DNA of 63,725 nt, counting the filler, from Octopus bimaculoides (taxonomy: Eukaryota): the NCBI RefSeq assembly GCF_001194135.2. It is 5 parts of 5 records of this genome, joined end to end, with 100 filler letters (N's around TTAATTAATTAA, not from the genome) between each part and the next. Parts side by side here need not be neighbours in the genome. Positions count along the whole stretch, not along the records: positions 1 to 26,361 come from NC_068989.1; 4 more parts are not named here. One strand, 5' to 3'. Below, in pieces: positions 13,495 through 26,461 of this stretch (position 1 is the stretch's first letter; every line of letters begins with the position of its first letter). The notes under the pieces were generated by a model. That model worked only from the letters and a program-made list of their open reading frames with translations, was not told where the DNA came from and ran no database searches. Position numbers and translations under genes: made by a program.

Positions 13495-14315
13495 TTTTTA
13501 TAAGCCTACTTGTTATTTGCAATACCAGCATTTTTATAGACACGGATATCACCCATCAACGATATTATCATGTGTGCTTTTATGCAATACGATTCCATAT
13601 AATGGAAAATAAGACAATATTCTGTGTTCTAATACAACAAAAACTTTAAGAGAGTGAATGCTCAACACGGCACTGGTGGATAAAATTTCTATTTTCGTGT
13701 ATTAAGGCTACCATTGGTTTCATGTTGAAAAAAAATAGCATAATATCTTATATATAAAGCATAATGGAATTGTAAGTACAATATGCAAATTATGAGGAAG
13801 CAGTGATGATGTGATTTAGTCATTAACGATCTTGCGGTAACAACGTTTTTGGTGTAGAAATTCAAAGATCCTCACCCAAAATGGCGGTGCATATGACTAA
13901 CAAGATTATCGAACCTAGTGACTGACCTTTATGGTGATTTAGAAATCCTCATAAGCTGAGTAATATTTTGACTATCAACAAATCAGGAATCACATGAATT
14001 GAGGAAATGGAACTGTTCAGAAAAAGGTTACACGATATAATTAACTCTTTCTTTACTAGATTACATTGATGATAACTAAACTAGAATCCCCAGGCTTTTG
14101 ACAATGAAGGTTGCAGTCCTGTACGTAAGAAATAAAGAAAGATTTCCAGTGAATGCAGAAGATATAACTCCGTTAAAACTAATGATGGTAAGAGTCATCA
14201 GCATGAGCTGGTGTTCGAAAGATATGACGCATCCGTGTTGTGTCGACGACCCCAGGCGAAGAAGTAGGATCTCCCAAGACATATAAATAGAGGTAGTCTG
14301 ACAGTGGTAGGAGTG

Positions 14316-14371
14316 TTGAGTAGCAGTTGAGTAGCAGTCGAGTAGCAGTTGTGTAGCGATTGAGTAGCGAT
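14316..14371. repeat. 11-bp tandem repeat (TTGAGTAGCAG) x5
   Basis: Directly visible. Confidence 0.85.
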
Positions 14372-14459
14372 CATCCGAAGGTGCTAGATAGCAGTAGCGT
14401 TGAGACATAACAATCCTCTATCAGGATATTATTACTGTCCACCAAAATCTTGGTTCAAC

Positions 14460-15225
14460 ATGCACATATTTACTTGGTTTTTCCGCCATTTCATTCCTGT
14501 AATGCTGATATCCCACGAAGATGTTTTCAAAGTTTGGCTGTTGAGATGAATGTGCTACTGTTTTACAATGAACCTGACCTCCCAAATGTCCGTCAAGTTG
14601 TCAGTAACGATAGTAAATTAAGGTGCATGCTCATGCCACATTCCCTGCGTAGCCAATAGTTGTTGAAGACATAATTGTAACCAACGAAGATATTTGGACG
14701 GAGAGAACATCTTGATAGAAGAGTGAAATTACATGAAGCCAATGTATTCACGTTATCATCAAGAACTACCGCTTCAATTCTGCAATATTGAATTTAATAG
14801 ATTCATGAATGTTCAGAAAAATACATCTCCAACTAATACATGTCATACAGGAAAAAACAATTTTTTTTACAATATGGAGGAATAATATGACTGTGAAGGA
14901 CTCAAGGAGTGTGTTTTTCATCGTATAATTCTGAGAGCAGGAGAAATAGGTGTCACAGAAGACGATGTCAGAACCTAGGAAAAGGATACAAAGTGTAATC
15001 CTGGATACCAAGTATTAACAGAAATAATTGCAGATGAAGTACTTGTTAGTGACGGCAGAGATACTGAGGATGTTGTAGGCAAGGAACCATTGCCCAGATA
15101 TTTCAAATTCACGTCTTGATAACAATTTTTCGTACATTGACTTGTCAACAGAAGATAATTTTCAGCAATATTATCAACATCTTAGAGTCAGGAGGGAATT
15201 CTTCATTATTCGGAGTTACAGCAGC
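14460..15225 (+). mobile_element. Heavily decayed pogo/Tigger (jerky-like DDE) transposase remnant
   Basis: Frame-broken pieces IFTWFFRHFIPV, NVLLFYNEPDLPNVRQVVSNDSKLRCMLMP and NPGYQVLTEII resemble Tigger F..WF..F.P / LLLDNAP.HP..S.DG.I..FLP / PGYQ motifs. No TIRs found. Confidence 0.55.
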
Positions 15226-16874
15226 TATTAAGCCAGTGATAATCTTGATGACGCTGCCGAAGCTGCCTCATTCCCTGCCACTTCTCAATCGCCTAAGGAT
15301 TTCATGAGTGAGATGCAAAAACTAGGGAAACGTCATATCTGTAATTCATAACGATAAGATATCACTTCCACCTCTACAACCGACTCCACCACATCAAGTT
15401 CATAAGATATCTACAATAGGTAATTGAAATTAACAATTTACGGTATTAACTTAATTTTTACATACTGTAATGATAAAGAATGTTATAAACTACATACTTA
15501 TATGCTTTATATAGTAATCTTCTGTAATATTCTGCAATTAGTATTTAGCCTGTTCATTGTAAAATGTAATTAGAAAGCCACCCGCCACACATATATATAT
15601 ATACATATATATANNNNNNNNNNNNNNNNNNNNNNNNNNNNNNNNNNNNNNNNNNNNNNNNNNNNNNNNNNNNNNNNNNNNNNNNNNNNNNNNNNNNNNN
15701 NNNNNNNNNNNNNNNNNNNNNNNNNNNNNNNNNNNNNNNNNNNNNNNNNNNNNNNNNNNNNNNNNNNNNNNNNNNNNNNNNNNNNNNNNNNNNNNNNNNN
15801 NNNNNNNNNNNNNNNNNNNNNNNNNNNNNNNNNNNNNNNNNNNNNNNNNNNNNNNNNNNNNNNNNNNNNNNNNNNNNNNNNNNNNNNNNNNNNNNNNNNN
15901 NNNNNNNNNNNNNNNNNNNNNNNNNNNNNNNNNNNNNNNNNNNNNNNNNNNNNNNNNNNNNNNNNNNNNNNNNNNNNNNNNNNNNNNNNNNNNNNNNNNN
16001 NNNNNNNNNNNNNNNNNNNNNNNNNNNNNNNNNNNNNNNNNNNNNNNNNNNNNNNNNNNNNNNNNNNNNNNNNNNNNNNNNNNNNNNNNNNNNNNNNNNN
16101 NNNNNNNNNNNNNNNNNNNNNNNNNNNNNNNNNNNNNNNNNNNNNNNNNNNNNNNNNNNNNNNNNNNNNNNNNNNNNNNNNNNNNNNNNNNNNNNNNNNN
16201 NNNNNNNNNNNNNNNNNNNNNNNNNNNNNNNNNNNNNNNNNNNNNNNNNNNNNNNNNNNNNNNNNNNNNNNNNNNNNNNNNNNNNNNNNNNNNNNNNNNN
16301 NNNNNNNNNNNNNNNNNNNNNNNNNNNNNNNNNNNNNNNNNNNNNNNNNNNNNNNNNNNNNNNNNNNNNNNNNNNNNNNNNNNNATATATATATATATAT
16401 ACATATAGACACATATATATGTATGTGTATGGTACTGACCCCACAGAGTAGGTGACTTTGTGATTTATTCCCACGTCATATCGTTTCCAAAGATATCTCT
16501 TATAAAACACACCCTGCCGTAACCTTCTGCCTGTGCTTTGCACGAGAGCCTAGAACTAGTATTAAGTTTTCTGATCTGTAGATTATCGATTGAGGGAACT
16601 TTAGTTGCTACTTCTTGCTTGCAGCTCTTGCAGCTGTGTGCGAAGCATTTTGAATCAGAATGGTCTCAAATCCACATCAGAGTTTCTAAACCATCACGGA
16701 CTTACCATTTGGATGGAATAGTTTTGTCTTGAGTTTCTGCCTCTTTATAGAAGGTAGGGTCACTTTGATTGATACTGTTATTAACTCTGGAATATGAGTT
16801 GTTTGATTAAGAGTATTACTTCCACCATATTTGATGTAGAGAGCATTTATAAAACTATTCACCAGTAATGATAT

Positions 16875-17020
16875 CGCAACATATGACCTGCTCGAAATAG
16901 CAGGAAAGTTACCCTCGTGTCATATGCTCACGATATTTCAAAAATAAATAGAAGGAACATAAATACATACACTGCTTGAATGCCCGTGATTAGGGCTGAC
17001 CTAGGGCTAAATCTACAAAA
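16875..17020 (+). mobile_element. Diverged dispersed repeat family (ACCTGCT.GAAATA..CAAA core; GGGCTGACCTAGGG.TAAA tail)
   Basis: Core and/or tail recur at 1680-1850, 38845-38950, 56880-56945 and 63125-63190(-). Confidence 0.5.
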
Positions 17021-18390
17021 GCAAACTCAGTAAGAACAATCAAAAACAATGAAAACAACTTTCCCAGCAAAAAACAATTTAAGCGAGAGATATTGAGGCC
17101 TGGTGTAAAATTGTTCAGTCTATTTACATCAAATTATATAACAAGAGATATCATCTCCCATAGCAACGTATGGCAAAAAAGATATGGTTGTATCATCTAA
17201 GGATTGAAACTATAATCTTTAAGTATTTTACACTATCAGTAAAACAAAGCTACTTGTTTATTTATGTACGAATATGAATATGGATAAAAGTGTGTGTGTG
17301 TGTGTGTTATATAAACATTTCTATTGTTAATTGTATATGTGAATGGGTATGTGTGCCTGTGGGCGGACATGTGCGGTTGGCAAACTGTTGCAGAATTAAA
17401 CAGGTTGCGTTGCCATATTCTTCAAATCCCAGAGAAATCAACTCTGCCTTTTCTCATCTGAAGGACGATAAATATCGAACCACCCAATCATTAAGTACAT
17501 TTTTCATCCGATCCAGTTGTCACATACTGAATAATCAGCTGGATCAAGGGTGCGGGAGTGGAGAGGGCGTCCACTCATACGTACAAGGGTACCGATAACC
17601 GTTAGTGAAATCAATGTGTATTCTGACATCAAATAATCCTCAAAAGCCTGTGACGACCATAGCTTTTACACACACACACGTACACAAGCACTTACATAAA
17701 TACACACACACACGCACACACACATACATAAATACACACACATGTATATATATATATATAATCAACAGATGAGATCCAGAGGTTCTCAGTATAGAAGACA
17801 GTAGAGGTCAAATGATTTAAACTCAGACTCCAATGACTTTACAAGGGATCTGTTCAGATATAACAGGGTCATACACACACACACGTATACACACACACAC
17901 ACACACACACACANNNNNNNNNNNNNNNNNNNNNNNNNNNNNNNNNNNNNNNNNNNNNNNNNNNNNNNNNNNNNNNNNNNNNNNNNNNNNNNNNNNNNNN
18001 NNNNNNNNNNNNNNNNNNNNNNNNNNNNNNNNNNNNNNNNNNNNNNNNNNNNNNNNNNNNNNNNNNNNNNNNNNNNNNNNNNNNNNNNNNNNNNNNNNNN
18101 NNNNNNNNNNNNNNNNNNNNNNNNNNNNNNNNNNNNNNNNNNNNNNNNNNNNNNNNNNNNNNNNNNNNNNNNNNNNNNNNNNNNNNNNNNNNNNNNNNNN
18201 NNNNNNNNNNNNNNNNNNNNNNNNNNNNNNNNNNNNNNNNNNNNNNNNNNNNNNNNNNNNNNNNNNNNNNNNNNNNNNNNNNNNNNNNNNNNNNNNNNNN
18301 NNNNNNNNNNNNNNNNNNNNNNNNNNNNNNNNNNNNNNNNNNNNNNNNNNNNNNNNNNNNNNNNNNNNNNNNNNNNNNNNNNNNNNNNNN

Positions 18391-18439
<49 letters not shown>

Positions 18440-18459
18440 TACACATACATATGTACAAT

Positions 18460-18670
18460 AAGGCAGCGAGTTGGCAGAAACGTTAGCATACCAGGCGAAA
18501 TGCTTAGTGGTATTTCGTTTGTCGTTACATTCTGAGTTCAAATTCTGCCGAGGTTGACTTTACCTTTCGGGGTCGATAAATTAAGTACCAGTTGCGTACT
18601 GGGGATGGTCTAATCGACTATCCCCTCCCCTAAAATTTCGGGCCTTGTGCCTAGAGTAGAAAAGAATATA
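18460..18670 (+). mobile_element. SINE family B (tail type 2)
   Basis: Same head and centre as family B, but the tail is CCCCTCCCCTAAAATTTCGGGCCTTGTGCCTAGAGTAGAAAAGAATAT. Other copies at 40978-41195(+), 12880-13027(-), 43607-43772(-). Confidence 0.85.
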
Positions 18671-18786
18671 ATATGTACAATTTGTTCGGCCTAAATTTGA
18701 CACTTCACTAGTGTATAAAGCTATTTCGGAAAGAAAAAAGTAATAAAAACATTGTCAAATTTATCCTGGACAGCTTGTATATCCAC

Positions 18787-18855
18787 ATATAGGTGCACGT
18801 ATATATAGGTGCACGTATATATAGGTGCACGTATATATAGGTGCACGTATATATA
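18787..18855. repeat. 16-bp tandem repeat (AGGTGCACGTATATAT) x4
   Basis: Directly visible; each unit contains the palindrome GTGCAC. Confidence 0.9.
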
Positions 18856-19220
18856 TATCTATATCCTCATATCACTATGATTATATGATTAATCTATGCA
18901 TACATATACATATTTATATATATGTCTGAGAGTGTATGCATGTGTATGTAAGAAATATATTAATAGAGTGTAGAGAAAGAAGGAAATATCTCATCGGAAT
19001 AGATAAATTATACACAAATATTGGGAGTTCTGCTGTTGGAAAATGTACAGAAAGACAAACATACACGCATGCATAGAGGACTCCACATTCGCAAACAGAT
19101 ATTCAAATACATATTTGGTAACAAATAAATAAATATTGTACACATGTAATAAAAATAATATCACAAAAATATAACCGCCTAGATTAACCAATAGATATCT
19201 TTAGAAAATTCCATATTCAA

Positions 19221-19264
<44 letters not shown>

Positions 19265-19432
19265 GTAGATAGATAGATAGATAGATGGATGGATGAATAG
19301 ATAGATGGATGGATGGATGGATGGATGGATGGATGGATGGATGAGAAATAAATGAGCGTAGTTGTGCGTGTGTGTGAATGTATGTATATATATATGTGTG
19401 TATAGAGAGTAAAAGATCGACAACATGATAGA

Positions 19433-19475
<43 letters not shown>

Positions 19476-19497
19476 GCAGGAACACGCATGAAGACGA

Positions 19498-19549
<52 letters not shown>

Positions 19550-20336
19550 GTAGGTAGGTAGGTAGGTTGGCAGGTAGGTAGGTAAGTAGGTAGATAGGTT
19601 GGTAGATAGATGGATAGATAGATAGATAGAAAAAATAGTAATTTATAATAGGAGAAATTGGGAAAAACGCATAATAAATAAACAGAAAATACATAAACCA
19701 AAAGAAAATAACAAATATAAAAATATAAATAAATCAGTAAACAGGCGATATAGTAAACAAATATGGAGAAAAATACATTAAATACATTACCGAAATGAGC
19801 AATGACATGTAAACATATGCATATATGTATATATATTCTATGTATATTTTCTGAAAGTTATAAGTACGAAATCACATCAATGTTTTCCAATCCTAGCGAA
19901 TCCCTGACAGTTTCGACAACCACCATATTGAATAGTGAATTCATCATGAAACATGGAGATATAATTTATTGCAGAACTCTTTACATCTTAAGTACATCTG
20001 CGCTATCACCATAATATAGAGCACAGTAATATTTTTGATGGACTATCCAAATTATCTCGTCCAAAGACCCAATGATTAATAGCTATGCAAGCACATATAT
20101 ACACACACACACACATACCAGCATGACCGCAGCCACTTGGCTGAAACCCATAAATAAATAAATAAATAAATAAATAAAATACGCATATTTATTTATTTAT
20201 TTATTTATTTATTTATGTATATGCTCGTATATATATTGTGTATGTATGTACGTATGTATACATGTCATAAATATGTGTGCGTGTTTATATAGAATACTTA
20301 TATATTTACATTATATGTATAAGCATATATCTGTAG

Positions 20337-20376
<40 letters not shown>

Positions 20377-20424
20377 ATGTGTGTGTCTGTGTGTGTGTGT
20401 GTGTGCGTATAAGTNNNNNNNNNN

Positions 20425-20497
<73 letters not shown>

Positions 20498-22659
20498 ACA
20501 CATACACGCTGACAAATGCACTCACACACGTATGAACTGTCTACTTACATATTCACAATGAAGTCTAATATTCTTCTGCAAATAGTTTTTTACATACACA
20601 CAACACAGATTTAAATACATGTATTCGCAATACAGGAGTATTAACAGCTGTATTTTACTATCCAGCCGTATATTGTACACATTTATAGTACTCCTACATA
20701 ATATATATAGGTGTGTGCACAAGTATGTACATGTGCGTGTGTATAAGGGGTTATTTACGCCAATATTTATACAATTTACGTATTCATAGTATATCGCATG
20801 ACGAATACATGACTCGCCCTGAAAATCAGTGAATTTTTTTGCCCTCCTTCATTAATGTTGTTGGAATCGTATCTGTATAATGCTTCTTTTTTCGACATTA
20901 TACTGGACAGGTATAAAAAGATTTAAATACTTTGAATTTTATCAAAATTTCGCAATATCTTTGATTTGATTTTACACCCTTCCACGCATCTACGTGAGAA
21001 ATAGTGGTATAGCTGTCTCTAAACTCACGGTCGTCCGTTCGATTGAGGAGGTCATCTCGTCATATTTAAAGATGACTCTTGACTTGTGCATTGGCTTTGG
21101 TTAAAGTAAAAATGAGTTGCGTTCAGTCGACTTCACACTCACGTCCGTGACTATCGATCCAGTGACTAGACAGGTAAAGCCGACTAGACGTAGAAACGGA
21201 TGTAGGGAATGACCAAGATGTCTCACTCGCCTCATCTTGCTCACATGCGGTGTTGCAGCTGCTTTCTTCTACGTTGAACCATGAAGTATTCTTCCACTGA
21301 AACCTCCGGATCCAGCCTTCATCAGCGTTCTCTTGCAAAGGTAGGCATGGCTCTAATTTGCTAGCTAACCCATAACTGAGACTCTGATATGTGCTACTAC
21401 TTTAGGTCAGAGTATACCTGGAATTAAAGTTGTTAAGGGGTGGCTCCACACTCCTCAAAACTCTGGAAATCCCGAACTAGTACCCCATTACGGATGCAAA
21501 TTAAAAAGTCTCTAAAGTATAACTGTAAATTACAATACTAAGAGACCTTTCACACAATTATTGTCTCTAAACTCTAACAGTATAGTTAACAATATTAATA
21601 GTTTCTTAACAACATCATCGTATGTAAACTATAAAAGTTTGTCTGACAATTCTAAAACACCAATTACATTGTAATAGAGTGTCATCTACGAACCTGTCAG
21701 TACCTGTCAGCTATATATTCCTGTAGTACCACGAACAATATTTGGACCTCAGTTAATTACTTGCAATGGCGTATGTAAAGCACAGATTCCCATATAGTGG
21801 TTTGTATTAATGCAAATTATAGAAAGACGTTTAATTTGAATAAGGCTGTAAGTTGTTAGATGAAGAGGAAACTGGTGTGTTGGGGATTGATGCTATCGTC
21901 GGATGGAATGCCTCACATAATTTCATCCGAATCTCTGTGCTCTGAGTTCAAATTTTGCTGCTGTGATGTTTGCTTTGGACTCTTAAGACGTCAATACAGG
22001 ACGGCGTGGAAATGGTGTAAATTAAAGATCGTCGGACTGGATCCATGTTTGTGTTCGTTGCGGTACGTTAGATACTTTTAGCAGACACCACTGTCTTGGT
22101 AAGCATTAGGGTCAGATTTTGTTTTGATTTGAGATATCGCACGTTGTAGCGAGTAGTTGAATTTTCGATTGGTTCATTAACTTGCAATACTTGTACCATG
22201 AATAGTTTGCCTTCCTGATAAAGCTGCCTATTTAGATTCGCTTATTTTCAACAGGAGGTCAAATATTGAGATAAAAACAGGAAGAGGTAGGGAGAGAGAA
22301 AAAGGGAGAGATGTAGAGAAAACAAGCCGGTGTTGTAATTTTGATATCACAATAAACAATGACTGATGTCAAAATCGAATCGCTGACGCCTTATTGAAAA
22401 TTATAATTCAAGCGAGCAGTCACTGCATTTTCACTGCTAATGATTGTTTTCTGTTGTTTCAACAGGAGTGTAGTTTACTTCGGTCAAGCACGGCTGTATT
22501 TATCGTCTAACCTGGTCCAGGTTTGTCTGCCTGATCTAATATTAACACGCTCATGTATGAGTTGGTCTTAATAGAATTATTCTGGTCTGCATAGGTTCAT
22601 ATTAAGATGAGCGATCTGTTAACATGATTGTGTGTCTATATGGAATCGTATGCATACAT

Positions 22660-22803
22660 AGGCGCAGGAGTGGCTGTATAGTAAGAAGCTTGCTTCCCAA
22701 CCACATTGGTTCTGGGTGGCACCTTGGGTAAGTGTCTCCTACTATAGCCTCGGGCCGTTGAAAGCCTTGTGAGTGGATTTGGCAGACAAATACTGAAAGG
22801 ACG
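22660..22803 (+). mobile_element. SINE family A, 5' half
   Basis: GGCGCAGGAGTGGCTGT head and core only. Similar 5' halves at 44462-44607(+) and 48158-48316(-). Confidence 0.75.
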
Positions 22804-23270
22804 TACATGCATATATGAACGTCTTATTATAACTATTTCTGACTCTTTACATTCTGATTTCATATCCATCCTTTTGGGGTCGAGATAATAAAACAATAGT
22901 CAAGTACTACATCTATGGTATCAGCTAATTCCCTCCCATCGAAACTGGTAGCCTTGTGCTCCATGAAAATCCATCATTAACTTATTATAAATGATGTGTG
23001 TGTGTGTGTTTGTGTGTGTGTGTTTGTGTATGTGTGTTTGTGTGTGTGTGTTTGTGTGTGTGTGTTTGTGTGTGTGTGTGTATACAAATAAAGGGCCCTC
23101 AAACATGTATACGCATATATACATACATATATGAATATCTGAAGAGTTCGATTGAACAGAGGAAAGCGCGAATAAACAGTTATCCAAAATTTTGACTACC
23201 TCATTCTTAATATTCTATATTTGTACAACAATTCAAACTCTCTATACATACGTACATATATGTGTGTGTT

Positions 23271-23340
<70 letters not shown>

Positions 23341-24374
23341 TGTTTGCGTGCGTGTGTGTGTGTGNNNNNNNNNNNNNNNNNNNNNNNNNNNNNNNNNNNN
23401 NNNNNNNNNNNNNNNNNNNNNNNNNNNNNNNNNNNNNNNNNNNNNNNNNNNNNNNNNNNNNNNNNNNNNNNNNNNNNNNNNNNNNNNNNNNNNNNNNNNN
23501 NNNNNNNNNNNNNNNNNNNNNNNNNNNNNNNNNNNNNNNNNNNNNNNNNNNNNNNNNNNNNNNNNNNNNNNNNNNNNNNNNNNNNNNNNNNNNNNNNNNN
23601 NNNNNNNNNNNNNNNNNNNNNNNNNNNNNNNNNNNNNNNNNNNNNNNNNNNNNNNNNNNNNNNNNNNNNNNNNNNNNNNNNNNNNNNNNNNNNNNNNNNN
23701 NNNNNNNNNNNNNNNNNNNNNNNNNNNNNNNNNNNNNNNNNNNNNNNNNNNNNNNNNNNNNNNNNNNNNNNNNNNNNNNNNNNNNNNNNNNNNNNNNNNN
23801 NNNNNNNNNNNNNNNNNNNNNNNNNNNNNNNNNNNNNNNNNNNNNNNNNNNNNNNNNNNNNNNNNNNNNNNNNNNNNNNNNNNNNNNNNNNNNNNNNNNN
23901 NNNNNNNATATATATATATATATATATATACATATGTGTGTGTGTGTGTGTTTGTGTGTGTCTTTGTGTCTGAATTTCTCCACCCATCATCACTGGACAA
24001 CTGATGTTCATGTCCCCGTAAACCAGCGGTTCCACAAAAGAGACCGATACAATAAGCACTAGGCTTACAAAGAATAAGTCCTGGGGTCGATTTGTCCGAC
24101 TAAAAAAGTCCTTAAAGTGATGCGCCAGCTTGGCTGTAGTCAAATGACTGAAACAAGTAAAAGAAAAAAGGAATATATGTATGTACACACACACACACAT
24201 ACATGTGTATATATACACACACAACCACACACACTCACACACACATGCACGCATTCATATACAGTCAAATATATTTAGATACTGGGAGGATCATATATTT
24301 AATAAAATAGCATTGCTCTCGACGAATTTGTGAAAACTACCACTACTACTACTACTACTACTACAACTACCACT

Positions 24375-24434
<60 letters not shown>

Positions 24435-24729
24435 AGGACAACACATGACTTCGCCGATATATATTGACCAACCCAATCTAGTAATTAAAAACCATAGATG
24501 AAATTGAAAAATATAACATAAAATAAAAGATTTATTTGTCAGATATATCACCAGCGAACCGTGTTAAGATAATCGGCCTTAATTAATCAACCAAGGCAAA
24601 TGTATAAACAAAGACGTAAATTAATAAATGAACAGACCAATAAATGGATCGTTAAGTTTTCATTAAAATATACTAAAAACTTGGCATTAGTCAATTTCTA
24701 TCTGTATTGCTTATTGGCATTTCTGTATA

Positions 24730-25989
24730 CGAGGTCTGATCAATAAGTATCCGGACTGGTGCTATAAAGACAAAACTACAACACGTACCAATTTGGCATT
24801 TAACCTCCTTCAAGGTAGTCCCCTTCGGAAGCCACGAACTAAATTCAGTGCTGTTTCCATTGATGGAAACATTCCTGGAACTCGTTTTCTGGGTTAATCA
24901 GCAGATGCCTCGTCGCATTTGATTTTTGGAAAGAGAGAAAATCGCAAGGAGCGAGAACTGGGGAATATCGTGGCTGTCGGACCTGGTGAATGCTTTGCCT
25001 TGCCAAAATTGCTGCACAAGCTGCGCTGAATGGGCAGGCGCGTTGCCATTGTGCAATTGTCACTCACCAGACGCATGCAATTATGGCCTTTGCCGACGAA
25101 TAGCATCCCGCAAAGGCCGCAAAACATCACGGTAGTACTCCTTGTTTACTGTCTGACCAGGTGGAGCATACTCATGATGAACAATCCCCTTGTAGCCGAA
25201 GAAACTGGTCAACAGTGTTTTCACATTGCTTCGACTCATTTGTGCTTTCGGTCTCGGAGAGGTTGGAGTCTTCCACTGCGAAGACTGAGCCTTTGTTTCG
25301 GGGCCATAGCTATAGACCTACGACTTATCATCACCCGTTATGACCGTTATCATAAAGTTTTCATCGTTCCCGACACAATGAAGATCTTGTGCAACTGAAA
25401 CCCGCATTTATCTGGTCAGTTGAAAGAATTTTGGGCACAACCTTGGCAGACACGCGTCTTATATCCAAATCTTCAGTGGTAATCCACTGAACTGAACCAC
25501 AACTAATCTGCACACCCTCTGATAACTCAAGGATGGTGACTCTACGATTTCCCCTCACAGCTTCAGGCACATCTGCGATGTTTCTCTCAGTTCTGCTGGT
25601 TGCGGGTCTCCCAGAGCGTTCGTCACTATTGACATTTTTTCGGCCATCTTGGAAACGTCTGAACCACTCATACACTTGTATGCGGCGCATGTACTCTCTA
25701 TACACTTTCTTCAACTTTACGTAAGCTTCTGAGTAGATATGGCTAAGCTTTTGGCAAAGTTTGATGCAGATTCTTTGCTCGACTTTCTCTGTCATGGTCA
25801 ATGCAACAATCATATGCTACACATCTTCCTTTCAAGTACTAAAGTAAACAGCGGAAGTGAGCTAGAAGGTTAAAAACTAGTGCGCATGCACAGCAGAGTT
25901 CAAGGTCAATCTGAACTAAGTGGCTTTGCTCTGCGTATGTTAGCTTCGTTATTATGGCAATAGTCCGGATACTTATTGATCAGATTACG
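24730..25989 (-). mobile_element. Full-length decayed mariner (Tc1/mariner) transposon, about 1260 bp
   Basis: TIRs share TCTGATCAATAAGTATCCGGACT at both ends, with TA flanks at 24728-29 and 25990-91. Minus frames give an HTH region (EQRICIK..EWFRRFQDGR..RSGRP..VVPKIL), ITGD, and YSPVLAPCDF. Multiple stops and frameshifts. Confidence 0.93.
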
Positions 25990-26320
25990 TATGAACTCAG
26001 GTGTATTATGAATCGGTGCGTACACGGATTCTCTGTACATGTGTTTAAGTACGCGTGTGTGTGTGTGTGTGTGTGTATGTTATATACAAGTATGTATGTG
26101 TGTGTTTGTCTTCTTCCCGCGTACCGCTTAACAACTGGTGTTATTTTGTTTACGTCTCCTAAAAGTGGTGATTTTGCAAGAGAACGACACAGTAAGTAAC
26201 ATGGTCAGTAAAGTAAGTACTAAGAGAGATTTGTTCGACTAAACCCTTGAAGACGGAGTTTCAGCATGGCAGCAGTCTAATGACTCAAGCAAGTAAAAGA
26301 AGAGAAAATAGGATATGTAC

Positions 26321-26361
<41 letters not shown>

Positions 26362-26461
26362 NNNNNNNNNNNNNNNNNNNNNNNNNNNNNNNNNNNNNNN
26401 NNNNNTTAATTAATTAANNNNNNNNNNNNNNNNNNNNNNNNNNNNNNNNNNNNNNNNNNNN
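26362..26461. other. Synthetic assembly join N44-TTAATTAATTAA-N44
   Basis: Identical 100-bp construct also at 48036-48135, 59084-59183 and 61582-61681. Confidence 0.95.

Noticed and set aside
14084-14123. Ankyrin-like micro-exon NPQAFDNEGCSPV before GTAAGA
   Set aside because: Too short, poor acceptor, no supporting neighbours.
14180-14225. CTGATGA on the minus strand as a hammerhead core (also at 21310, 39500, 42650)
   Set aside because: No correctly placed stem II plus GAAA.
21123-21338. Minus-strand 71-aa ORF with GWIRRF, pogo-HTH-like
   Set aside because: No further transposase similarity on either side.
26406-26417. TTAATTAATTAA as a recurring biological motif
   Set aside because: Always centred in exactly 44+44 Ns; it is an assembly linker.
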